From an uncultured Dehalococcoidia bacterium (GTDB lineage Bacteria; Chloroflexota; Dehalococcoidia; Lucifugimonadales; UBA2985): a DNA stretch of 64,000 bases. Positions 36,226 to 44,992 of the stretch are shown in pieces (the first letter of the stretch is position 1; every line of letters begins with the position of its first letter). The translations under genes and the position numbers were made by a program. Below the pieces are notes generated by a model. The model worked only from the letters and a program-made list of their open reading frames with translations. It had not been told where the DNA came from and did not search any database. The stretch lies in contig CAZNIG010000030.1 in NCBI GenBank assembly GCA_964573055.1, positions 20,699 through 84,698 on the forward strand, written 5' to 3'.

Positions 36226-37452
36226 GTGTTGGACTTCGAGTATCACTATACCGAACAACAAAAGTTGTTTCGGGTCGACGTACAAGAATGGATATCAGCC
36301 AACATTCCAGAGGGTCTTGTGGATCCTGCGATGGCTTACAGTTCTCATGGTGACTCTACGGAAGCCATGGCTACGATTCGTAGAAGGCTGGGAGAAAAAG
36401 GCTGGTTGGCCCCTACTGCTCCAGTGGAATTAGGTGGCGCGGGTTTAACTCATGACCATGCCTTGATATTGATCGAAGAATTGGGAAGCAGAGGGTTGCA
36501 GTGGGTACTTGGAACGGAAGAATCATCCGTGGGGTCAGCATTGCAGGAGTGGGGAACAGAAGAGCAAAAGCAACAGTTTCTTAGGGCGTTTAGGTCTGGT
36601 GAGTTAAACACTTGGCGAATATCACTAGAGTCTGGGGCTGATTTAGATAAGGATAACCTTGGTACCAGGGCTTTTCTTGAAGGAGATGACTACATACTGA
36701 GCGGTTCAGCAGTATTCTGGGGGGCAGGTACACAGCCTGATTACCTGTGGCTTATTGCTGTTACAGACCCAGATGGTCCTGCCAGTAAATCTACGGCCGC
36801 GTTCTTAGTTCCTGCGCTTCTGAATGGTGTCGCTATACACACGCCGGATAGTTTGATAAGTGGTCAATCTCATGTAGTTACATTTGATAATGTTTGGGTG
36901 CCGTCCCATTTTCTATTGGGTGAAGATGGACACGGTTGGTCTGTGATGGATCAACCACTAAACCCTGAGGAATATGTCAATCAGACCTACTCTGGCGATG
37001 AAGAAGTGGCTGATCTCATAAAATATTCGGTAGAGAATAGCCGGTACGGTAACGTGATTAGCAAGCAGCCGTTCTTCCAGCAGATGCTTATGGAGGTCTA
37101 CACTAACAGTGAAGTTATACGCGTTCTCAAGCTTCGAAACGCGTGGATGGCAGAAACAAAGCAGGAGCTTACGTATCAGAAGGCCCAAACTGAACTTCTG
37201 GAGAAAAAAGCCGCTCTTCGGTTGTCTCAGGTGGTAAGAGAGATAATGGGAGTATATGCTCTTCTTGGGTCAGAAGATCCCATGGCTCCCATGCGGGGTA
37301 GATTCCAAATTCAACAGAAGCGTAGCCTAGCCAGGCAGAACCCTGCAGCAGCATTAGAGGCACAAGCTGCAATAGTAGCCAGGCATCTTGGCTTCGATCC
37401 ATATGAAGGGAAAAATACCGAATATGTGCAACAAAGCATAGCAAACTGGTAA
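36226..37452 (+). CDS. Acyl-CoA dehydrogenase family protein (divergent)
   Basis: ACAD-like N-terminus 'LDFEYHYTEQQKLFRVDVQEWI' with a middle beta domain and a C-terminal helical domain. The track ORF starts at 36190. I prefer GTG 36226 or TTG 36229, just after the SD AAGGAG (36219-36224). Confidence 0.7.
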   Translation: MLDFEYHYTEQQKLFRVDVQEWISANIPEGLVDPAMAYSSHGDSTEAMATIRRRLGEKGWLAPTAPVELGGAGLTHDHALILIEELGSRGLQWVLGTEESSVGSALQEWGTEEQKQQFLRAFRSGELNTWRISLESGADLDKDNLGTRAFLEGDDYILSGSAVFWGAGTQPDYLWLIAVTDPDGPASKSTAAFLVPALLNGVAIHTPDSLISGQSHVVTFDNVWVPSHFLLGEDGHGWSVMDQPLNPEEYVNQTYSGDEEVADLIKYSVENSRYGNVISKQPFFQQMLMEVYTNSEVIRVLKLRNAWMAETKQELTYQKAQTELLEKKAALRLSQVVREIMGVYALLGSEDPMAPMRGRFQIQQKRSLARQNPAAALEAQAAIVARHLGFDPYEGKNTEYVQQSIANW

Positions 37453-37572
37453 TTTACATTAGCTATGTTGTATAATGGCTAGGGTTTTGCCAACTGGCCC
37501 GGAAAGGAGAATTTAGTCACGGCTGGTAGCTAACTCAATAGTGGAAAGACTCAAATCAATAAGGAGGTCACC

Positions 37573-38706
37573 ATGGATCTATCACTTACCGAAACTCAGG
37601 CCCTGCTTAAGGACGCCACGACTAGTTTCATGGAAACGGAGCTCCCGAAGCAGCGGGTGCGTGAGGTAGACGAAAGTCCAACCGGTTTCAACCAAGACCT
37701 ATGGCAGAAGATGTCTGACCTTGGATGGGTCGGTATGGGCATACCTGAGGAATATGGCGGAGGCGGGAACTCTTTGACTGACATAGCTGTTGTGCAAGAA
37801 GTACTGGGTTATTACGCTTGTTCCAGTCCATTTCTGGACTCGGGTGTTTTAAGTGCAACAGCCATCTTAGAGGCGGGTAGCGACGCACAAAAGAGTGCTG
37901 TTCTGCCTGCTTTGGCTAAAGGCCAACAGATATGCGCATTTGCCTTCACAGAGCCAGAGTACGGCTGGGGCTCCAGTGCCGTGCAACTGAAAGCCACGCA
38001 GAGTGGTAGCAACTACTCCTTGAGTGGTACCAAGATGTTTGTGCCGTGGGCCCACGTAGCGGACCAGATACTTGTTGTAGCTCGAACCTCTGGGGACTCC
38101 GATGAAGGAATCACATTGTTCCTAGTTGATAAGAACGCTAAAGGTCTTTCGACTAGGCTTCACAGTGGATGGATCGGCGATAAGGTGTGCCAGGTAGACT
38201 TCGATAATGTAGAGGTCTCCGCTGATAATGTGGTAGGTCAAGTGGGCGGCGCATGGCCAGCGGTAAGCGCAGCTATAGACAGGGCCACGGCTCTTTTGTC
38301 CATCTACATGGCAGGTGGCGCTCAGAAAGCCTACGAAATGTGCCGGGATTACAGCACAGAGCGAATAGCGTTCGGCGTACCTATAGGGACGTTCCAGAGG
38401 GTTCAAGATCACATCATCGTGGCCCTCACGGAGGCGGAAGCTTCTAAGTGGACTTCATATGAAGCTCTATGGAGAGTAGATAGTGGACGTGATGATGCTG
38501 CCCTTGGTATATCTATGGCGAAAGCCGTAGCTAGCGATGGGTACTCCAAGGCTTGCGATGCCTCTCACAACGTTCATGCAGGTGTGGGTGTTGACCTTGA
38601 CTTTGGTCTGACTCACTACACAGTCAGAGCCCGGACATTCCAGCATTATCTGGGCGACGCAACGTTCCATCGGAAGCGCATGGCTTCCCTTATGGAGCTT
38701 AGCTAG
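37573..38706 (+). CDS. Acyl-CoA dehydrogenase family protein
   Basis: 377 aa with 'MDLSLTETQALLKDATTSF', 'GWVGMGIPEEYGG' and 'ERIAFGVPIGTFQRVQDHI'. Confidence 0.75.
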   Translation: MDLSLTETQALLKDATTSFMETELPKQRVREVDESPTGFNQDLWQKMSDLGWVGMGIPEEYGGGGNSLTDIAVVQEVLGYYACSSPFLDSGVLSATAILEAGSDAQKSAVLPALAKGQQICAFAFTEPEYGWGSSAVQLKATQSGSNYSLSGTKMFVPWAHVADQILVVARTSGDSDEGITLFLVDKNAKGLSTRLHSGWIGDKVCQVDFDNVEVSADNVVGQVGGAWPAVSAAIDRATALLSIYMAGGAQKAYEMCRDYSTERIAFGVPIGTFQRVQDHIIVALTEAEASKWTSYEALWRVDSGRDDAALGISMAKAVASDGYSKACDASHNVHAGVGVDLDFGLTHYTVRARTFQHYLGDATFHRKRMASLMELS

Positions 38707-38714
38707 AAATGATG

Positions 38715-38749
38715 TACTCCTCGACGTGCTATTAGCACGTCGAGGAGTA
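38715..38749 (+). terminator. Perfect 16-bp hairpin downstream of the second ACAD gene
   Basis: TACTCCTCGACGTGCT-att-AGCACGTCGAGGAGTA lies 9 nt after the stop and is followed by TTCT, which is only weakly U-rich. Confidence 0.45.
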
Positions 38750-38852
38750 TTCTAGGTGACTTACTATTATGTCGTGATGCTGAGTCGTTTGTCCTGGCGT
38801 CACGTTTGGTTAAGGGCTACTCCCCAGAATTCCCCTGTGTTCTTGATGCTAT

Positions 38853-39062
38853 ATGTCTACGTTCTTAGTAAACCCGCCTCCCTACCATAATCGGATGCAA
38901 TTCATGGACTTATTGGAAGAAACTGGCATTGATTATAGCCGCGAAAAAGACGGTTACTATGTGTATCTGAGGTCAGGTCAAGAGGATTCGCTCCGGAGCA
39001 TATGCTCTAGAGTTGAAGCCCAGGTAGTGGCGGAAAATCCTATCAATGCAATAGATGGTTAG
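38853..39062 (+). CDS. Hypothetical small protein
   Basis: 69-aa ORF with no recognisable motif. Its stop overlaps the next gene's ATG by 8 nt. Confidence 0.35.
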   Translation: MSTFLVNPPPYHNRMQFMDLLEETGIDYSREKDGYYVYLRSGQEDSLRSICSRVEAQVVAENPINAIDG

Positions 39063-39780
39063 TCCTGCTGGTAGCAGAGCAACTGGTATGGATGATATGA
39101 GCAGTTCACGGAGTGGGCTACTAGAGTATGAAATCAGGGATAATGGTGGCCTGGAGGCAGTGAAACACGCTAGTCTTCGAACATCGCTGGGAGATTTGGA
39201 ATGTGTCTTTTATGATCCATCAGGATCATCAATGGCTGTGTTGTGGTCGGGGTCGTTAAGACGGCAGGGTGATGCCTCTCGCATAAATCCTATTGCACAG
39301 TCTCTTAGCCAAAACCTTCTAAATAATGGGGTTGCTTCATTAGTACTTAAATATAGGCATAACGGTGACCTTTGGGCTAGCATAAAGGATGCGCAGGTCG
39401 GAGTATCATTCTTAGAGCAGGTAGGGTTTTCCAGGATAGTTCTAGTTGGGCATTCCTTCAGTGGAGCGGTTGTGATCTCGGTGGCTCCATTTAGTCAGGC
39501 TATAGTTGGGGTTGTTGCATTAGCCAGCCAGACTATGGGCGCTCAGTTGGTGCGACATATTAGCCCTCGGCCAATTCTTCTTGTTCATGGGACGGAGGAT
39601 CAACGCCTCAACTGCTATTGCTCAGAACAGATATACTCTTGGGCGCTAAAGCCGAAAAATCTAGTGTTGCTTGAAGGAGCTTCTCACGGGTTGTGGGAAA
39701 AAAAGGACGAACTACTACCTTTACTACACGGATGGTTGTTGGATACGCTTGGTGGAAATAGTTCATCCACTTCTGGATAA
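39055..39780 (+). CDS. Alpha/beta hydrolase (dienelactone-hydrolase-like)
   Basis: 241 aa with the nucleophile elbow 'GHSFSG', 'HGTEDQ' (Asp) and 'GASHGL' (His). Confidence 0.7.
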   Translation: MVSPAGSRATGMDDMSSSRSGLLEYEIRDNGGLEAVKHASLRTSLGDLECVFYDPSGSSMAVLWSGSLRRQGDASRINPIAQSLSQNLLNNGVASLVLKYRHNGDLWASIKDAQVGVSFLEQVGFSRIVLVGHSFSGAVVISVAPFSQAIVGVVALASQTMGAQLVRHISPRPILLVHGTEDQRLNCYCSEQIYSWALKPKNLVLLEGASHGLWEKKDELLPLLHGWLLDTLGGNSSSTSG

Positions 39781-39924
39781 TAATGGAATATGGGCTGGAT
39801 ATGTATCCTGTTTAAGTGCCGCCGAGTATCTGAGGCGCTTACACGCTAGATAGTATACGAGGGTATTTGCCCGAGGCATACATTAATTTTATATAAGCAT
39901 TTTGCCTTGTCTTGACATGGGGGT

Positions 39925-40836
39925 TTGGTTATGGCTGAATCGATTATCCACACTGACGGGCTCACCAAGTATTTTGGTAAGAATCGTGGTGTGGTCGCGC
40001 TTGAATTAGATGTTCATGAGGGGGAGGTTTTTGGGTATCTTGGGGCAAATGGCGCTGGTAAGACTACTACAATACGTATGTTACTGGACATCATACGACC
40101 TACTCAAGGTAAGGCAACTGTTTTTGGTCTTGACAGTCATAAACAAAGCTTAGAAATAAGAAGGGATATTGGGTATCTGCCTGGAGAACTATCGCTTTAC
40201 GATGGCATGTCTGGTGCTGAATTTCTTAGGTACTCTAGCAACCTGCGGGGAGGGTCAACTAGCTACTCTGGTTTCGAGATAGCAGAGCGCTTGAGCTGTG
40301 ATCTTGCTAGGCCAATACGCGACTTGTCTCACGGTAACAAACAGAAACTTGGGCTTATTCAGGCATTCATGCACAGGCCTAGGTTAATTATCCTAGATGA
40401 GCCTTCTCAAGGGTTGGACCCCTTGGTTCAGCGGGAATTTTATACGATGGTTGACGAAGTGAAACAGGACGGTCGCACAGTATTTTTATCTTCGCATGTT
40501 TTGCCAGAAGCTGAACGCGTGTGTGATAGAGTTGGTTTTATACGGGACGGCAAAATGGTTGCCGTTGAAAGCATCGAAGATATGAAAGCTCGCGCCTTAA
40601 GGTATATCGAGATTCAATTTGATGACCATGTACCCTTGGATGCTATTAATTCCATAAAAGAAGTCAAGGATCTTTCGGCCGATGGTAATACGCTTAGGTT
40701 TGCTGTCGAGGGCAGTATGGATTCAGTTATTAAGGCTATATCGCAGTATCATGTCGTTAACTTAGTTAGCCGTGAGCCAGACCTTGAAGAACTGTTTATG
40801 GCGTACTATGAAAGAGGTGGGGAAATTGCTGAATAA
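39925..40836 (+). CDS. ABC transporter ATP-binding protein (ABC-2 subfamily)
   Basis: 303 aa with Walker A 'GANGAGKTTT', signature 'LSHGNKQKLGL' and Walker B 'LILDEP'. The start is TTG 39925 or ATG 39931. Confidence 0.85.
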   Translation: MVMAESIIHTDGLTKYFGKNRGVVALELDVHEGEVFGYLGANGAGKTTTIRMLLDIIRPTQGKATVFGLDSHKQSLEIRRDIGYLPGELSLYDGMSGAEFLRYSSNLRGGSTSYSGFEIAERLSCDLARPIRDLSHGNKQKLGLIQAFMHRPRLIILDEPSQGLDPLVQREFYTMVDEVKQDGRTVFLSSHVLPEAERVCDRVGFIRDGKMVAVESIEDMKARALRYIEIQFDDHVPLDAINSIKEVKDLSADGNTLRFAVEGSMDSVIKAISQYHVVNLVSREPDLEELFMAYYERGGEIAE

Positions 40837-41626
40837 TCTATTTCTCAAATCCTGTCGAGACCAAATTAAGCCTCTTTTGTGGTGGGGTATAGGAATTGCA
40901 TCTCTGGTTGTGATTACCATGTTGGTCTATCCTTCTATGCGGGATAACTCTGAGGGTTACTCGCAGTTGATTGATAGTATGCCTGAACCCTTGATAGCGG
41001 CATTTGTTGGTGAATTCACAGACTTTGGATCACCGGAAGGATTCTTAGGTAGTCAGCTATTCTTTGTTCTGGTTCCACTAATTTATATTCTGTTTTCTAT
41101 TATTAGCGCCAGTGGAACGATGGCTGGGGAGGAAAGAAGAGGAATACTAGAAATGCTTCTTTCATATCCTGTAGATCGGCGCAGTGTTGTTGTTCACAAG
41201 TTTCTTGCTTTGGTAGTAGCGGGGTTTGTGTTTGGGGCATTCATTTGGTCTAGCGTCTTGTTGGGTATTTTGTTAGTTTCCATGGAAATAAGTTTGCTAA
41301 GAGTTACTGAGACAGTAGCTAGTGCCTTTTTATTCGGGACGGCTTTCTCTGCCTTCACGTTATTTCTCAGCGCTGCGACAGGTAACAGGGGATTTAGTGT
41401 GGGTATTGCCAGCGCCGTTGCGTTTGCGTCGTATATTATCTATACGATGGGGCAGCAGGTAGATTTCCTTGAACCATTTAGCAGGGTGTCGCTGTTTCAT
41501 TTTTATATTGGATCTAATCCATTAGTCAATGGTCTAGATATGACGCACAGTATAACCCTAGTGGGAATAGCTGCAGCGTTTCTCTATTTAGCTATTTTTG
41601 CCTTTGAACGGAGAGATATCAAATAA
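40808..41626 (+). CDS. ABC-2 type transporter permease
   Basis: Six predicted TM helices. The frame is open from 40772, but the start is probably between 40808 and 40829, overlapping the ATPase stop. Confidence 0.7.
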   Translation: MKEVGKLLNNLFLKSCRDQIKPLLWWGIGIASLVVITMLVYPSMRDNSEGYSQLIDSMPEPLIAAFVGEFTDFGSPEGFLGSQLFFVLVPLIYILFSIISASGTMAGEERRGILEMLLSYPVDRRSVVVHKFLALVVAGFVFGAFIWSSVLLGILLVSMEISLLRVTETVASAFLFGTAFSAFTLFLSAATGNRGFSVGIASAVAFASYIIYTMGQQVDFLEPFSRVSLFHFYIGSNPLVNGLDMTHSITLVGIAAAFLYLAIFAFERRDIK

Positions 41627-41751
41627 TGAACCTATCATATGGCAATCTATTAATCTGTCTGTATCTCTAGCTGCTACAGAAGTGTTCCTTGCTTGGGTTA
41701 GATATAGCGGTATTATGTTACAATGGAATTGGCCTGATAGAATGATCGGAG

Positions 41752-42882
41752 GTGGATGATATGGAAGAAGTTTTCAGAGAAGCTCTAAATTTGAGTAAAA
41801 AGGGAGAGTCCTACGTTATTGCCACAGTTGTGGACACGAAGGGCTCTACGCCACAAAAGCCTGGTGCTAAGCTTTTGGTGCGTGAGGATGGTAGCGGTGT
41901 GGGTACACTAGGAGGAGGGTGTGTTGAAGGAGATATATGGTTTGCCGCCAAGATGCTGCTTAAGGAAGGCGGAGACCCCACAATAACCGACTATCTACTC
42001 AACGAAGAAATAGCAGCTCGGGAGGGCTTGGTCTGCGGGGGTACGATGTATTTCCTTATAGATCCTGTTCTCCGACCTGACGTGGCCTTGAAGCCTACTA
42101 AAGAGATAGTTGATGCCTATGATGGTGTTTCAAGCGTGGGAATGGCAAGTCTACTGGCAGATGCGAATGGCAAAGGCAAAGTGGGGGATAAACTTTTTAT
42201 TGGACAAGATGGTTCAATATCAGGCTCTCTTGGCGATCAAGCTCGGGATCTGGAAGTTATAGAATCGCTAAAGGGTTTGGTTGACTACGGTAGTGTAAAG
42301 ACAATTATTACCCAGGATGGTGCTCAAGTTCTCATGGAAGGATACACTAACCCAGCGTCCGTTATTGTAGCTGGTGGAGGGCATATTGGTAAGTGCCTAG
42401 CTCCATTGGTTAAAATGATGGGTATGCGGTTCTATGTTGTAGACGACAGGCCTGAGTTTGCCAATGAGGAAAGGTTTCCGGAAGCGGATGGGTTTGTGGT
42501 TGCAGATTATGCTGAAGGTCTAGGACAGCTAGATATCCGTCCAAATACCGCAATAGTTATAGCTACCAGGGGTCATAGACAAGACGATTTCGCCTTGGAA
42601 GCTGCGGCTCGTAGCCCTGCTGGTTACGTAGGCCTAGTGGGTAGTCGACGCAAGACTATACTTATACATGAAGAGTTGCTTAAGAATGGGGTACCATTAG
42701 AGAGACTCAAGGCCCTCCACGCCCCGGTTGGACTGGATATAGGCGCCAAAACGCCAGAAGAGATAGCTCTCAGCATTGTATCGGAAATAGTAGCTTTCCG
42801 AGAAGGTCGTACTGGCAAGTCCATGACCATGGAAGCGAGATACTTGAAGAGAATAGCTGATAAGTTGGGGGTCCCTGCCTAA
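41752..42882 (+). CDS. XdhC/CoxI-family molybdoenzyme maturation protein
   Basis: 376 aa. The N-terminal XdhC_CoxI region is 'ATVVDTKGSTPQKPGAKLLV...GGGCVEG' and the C-terminal Rossmann region is 'VIVAGGGHIG...ATRGHRQD'. Confidence 0.8.
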   Translation: MDDMEEVFREALNLSKKGESYVIATVVDTKGSTPQKPGAKLLVREDGSGVGTLGGGCVEGDIWFAAKMLLKEGGDPTITDYLLNEEIAAREGLVCGGTMYFLIDPVLRPDVALKPTKEIVDAYDGVSSVGMASLLADANGKGKVGDKLFIGQDGSISGSLGDQARDLEVIESLKGLVDYGSVKTIITQDGAQVLMEGYTNPASVIVAGGGHIGKCLAPLVKMMGMRFYVVDDRPEFANEERFPEADGFVVADYAEGLGQLDIRPNTAIVIATRGHRQDDFALEAAARSPAGYVGLVGSRRKTILIHEELLKNGVPLERLKALHAPVGLDIGAKTPEEIALSIVSEIVAFREGRTGKSMTMEARYLKRIADKLGVPA

Positions 42883-42891
42883 AGGGAGGTT

Positions 42892-43491
42892 GTGTCTGGT
42901 ATATCTGCTATAGTTCTGGCAGCAGGAGAATCTACTCGAATGGGAAGATTGAAGGCTCTAGTTCCATGGCAGGGCAAGACTCTCATAGAATATCAGGTCG
43001 AATCACTGCTTGATAGTGGTGCCTCTGAGGTCGTGGTAGTAGTAGGCCATCTGGCAGATCAAGTATCAGCGCCAGTGATCAACAACTCAGGGGTCATAAT
43101 TGCAAACAATCCTGAGTATCGCCGAGGCAAGGCAGGTTCAGTTAAAGCGGGACTTGCACGCTTGGCGTCTTCTGATAGCGGGATTCTTGTGTTAGCTGTG
43201 GATCAGCCGCGTCCAGTTTGGGTGCTTCAGGCAATAATAGATTCGTATCGGGCTAGCAAGAGCCCTATAACGTGTCCTGTATATAACGGCCACCGTGGTC
43301 ATCCCATGATCTTTTCCTCATTATTAAGGTCGGAATTAGAGGCTATTACAGATGAGGGTGAAGGCCTTAGGCAAGTGGTTGATCGGTATAAATCAGATAC
43401 AAATAAATTGGAAGTCGGAGACCCAGTGGTACGCCTAGATCTAAACTCTCCGGATGATATAAGGCTTGCTGAGCTAACCTTTTCTGGATAG
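42892..43491 (+). CDS. MobA-like NTP transferase (molybdenum cofactor cytidylyl/guanylyltransferase, MocA-like)
   Basis: 199 aa with 'AIVLAAGESTRMGRLKALVPW' and 'VLAVDQP'. The SD AAGGGAGG precedes GTG 42892. Confidence 0.75.
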   Translation: MSGISAIVLAAGESTRMGRLKALVPWQGKTLIEYQVESLLDSGASEVVVVVGHLADQVSAPVINNSGVIIANNPEYRRGKAGSVKAGLARLASSDSGILVLAVDQPRPVWVLQAIIDSYRASKSPITCPVYNGHRGHPMIFSSLLRSELEAITDEGEGLRQVVDRYKSDTNKLEVGDPVVRLDLNSPDDIRLAELTFSG

Positions 43492-43576
43492 TGAGGTCTT
43501 TTGTTGTGGCAGGTTAGCTATCAGCATGCTACTGTGACTTTTGGTAGAGATTGCAGGGAATCCCTCGGGTGTAGGA

Positions 43577-44770
43577 CTATATTACTTGTCCATCATTAAG
43601 TGAAGAGATCTCTTCTGAACTTAGCTCCAACAGTTCCTTTAGTAGTATTCTGGTGTGTTCACCTAGTTCCGGCGCTGGGTTTACAGAGCCTGTAGGGCTC
43701 CTAGAGAGTTTGATTGGTGTGCCTAGCATCTTAATCATGCCTAGGCGTGGATGTTGGATATCCTTGATCATATTCCTGTGAAGTACTTGAGGGTCTTGGG
43801 AGGCTTTGTCTATAGTGTTCACTGGCCCGCACGGTATACCTAGGGCTTCCAGTTCATCCAGCCATTCTTGGCAAGTCTTTTTTAACATGGCTTCTGTCAG
43901 CATGGGTTCTAATTCTTTGTAGTTCTGACTTCTTAACCATCCGGTGTTGAAGCGCGGATCATCGATAAGGTCAAGTCGATCCATAGCTACACACATTAGT
44001 GGCCATCTTTCCTTGCGTCCTTCGATCAGGGCTACTGTTATATAGCCGTCCTTGGTCTTGAATGCCTGAAATGGGGCGGTGACTGGGTGTCTTGTGCCTA
44101 AAGGTTGTGGAATTTCACCTGTGGCAAAATATCTGGCAAATGCATTTTCAAGGATAGCTATCTGGCAGTCGAGCATAGCGATGTCCACGAATTGCCCTAA
44201 TCCGCTCTGATTTCTTTCATTTAGGGCAGCAAGTATTCCTATTACGGTGTATAGGCCAGCAGTAATATCTCCCTGTGATACCCCGGGTCGTATAGGTGGG
44301 CCATCCGGCTCCCCTGTAATACTCATGATGCCGCCCATTCCTTGGACTACTATGTCCATTGCGCTTTTGCCGGCGTAAGGTCCATTTTGCCCGAAGCCAG
44401 AAATAGCTGCATATATCAGCCGGGAATTATATTGTCTAAGGGTTTCGTATCCTAGTCCGAGCCGATCCATAGTCCCGGGTGCAAAATTCTCTAATACCAC
44501 GTCTGCCTTGCTGGCTAATCTTAGGAAAAGTGCTTTCCCTTCGGGAACTGATAGGTCTATGCTGAGCCCTAGTTTCCCTCGGTTCACACTCATAAAGTAT
44601 GAGCTTTCTTCTCCAAGGAACGGGCCGCTAGCTCTTGATCTGTCTCCTATACCTGGTTGCTCTATCTTAATAACTTGAGCTCCCAAATCTGAAAGTATTA
44701 CTCCAGCGAATGGACCAGCGAGTACGTGAGTCAGGTCGAGCACAATGTTGCCATTTAGGGTTGAAGCCAC
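43577..44770 (-). CDS. Family III CoA-transferase (CaiB/BaiF family)
   Basis: 397 aa with 'LDLTHVLAGPFAG', 'VIKIEQPG.GD' and 'ENFAPGTMDRLGLGYE'. GTG start after the SD AAGGAGGA. Confidence 0.85.
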   Translation of the reverse strand: MASTLNGNIVLDLTHVLAGPFAGVILSDLGAQVIKIEQPGIGDRSRASGPFLGEESSYFMSVNRGKLGLSIDLSVPEGKALFLRLASKADVVLENFAPGTMDRLGLGYETLRQYNSRLIYAAISGFGQNGPYAGKSAMDIVVQGMGGIMSITGEPDGPPIRPGVSQGDITAGLYTVIGILAALNERNQSGLGQFVDIAMLDCQIAILENAFARYFATGEIPQPLGTRHPVTAPFQAFKTKDGYITVALIEGRKERWPLMCVAMDRLDLIDDPRFNTGWLRSQNYKELEPMLTEAMLKKTCQEWLDELEALGIPCGPVNTIDKASQDPQVLHRNMIKDIQHPRLGMIKMLGTPIKLSRSPTGSVNPAPELGEHTRILLKELLELSSEEISSLNDGQVI

Positions 44771-44992
44771 GGATCCTCCTTTATTGAATAATTTGTAGTT
44801 GTAGTAGAAAATTTTTATAAGATAAGATTGGATTAACTCATGAAGGTTAGTGGCTTTGGTTGGACTGTTTTCGACATTCTATATTGTTCTAGTGATTATG
44901 CTTGGGCTATCCGATGCGACTGGCGATGCCATATAGTTGAATACACTTCATCATGTTCATAGGGCTGTATTTAGTAGCAAAGCGCGAGGGTC

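Noticed and set aside
35985-36353. ORFs of 73 aa (minus) and 97 aa (plus) in and around the ACAD upstream spacer.
   Set aside because: They have no SD and no motifs, overlap each other and the ACAD start, and have odd composition. They are probably spurious.
40772-40807. An upstream extension of the ABC-2 permease ORF into the ATPase gene.
   Set aside because: This is an ordinary short overlap artefact of longest-ORF calling. The membrane domain begins after about 40830.
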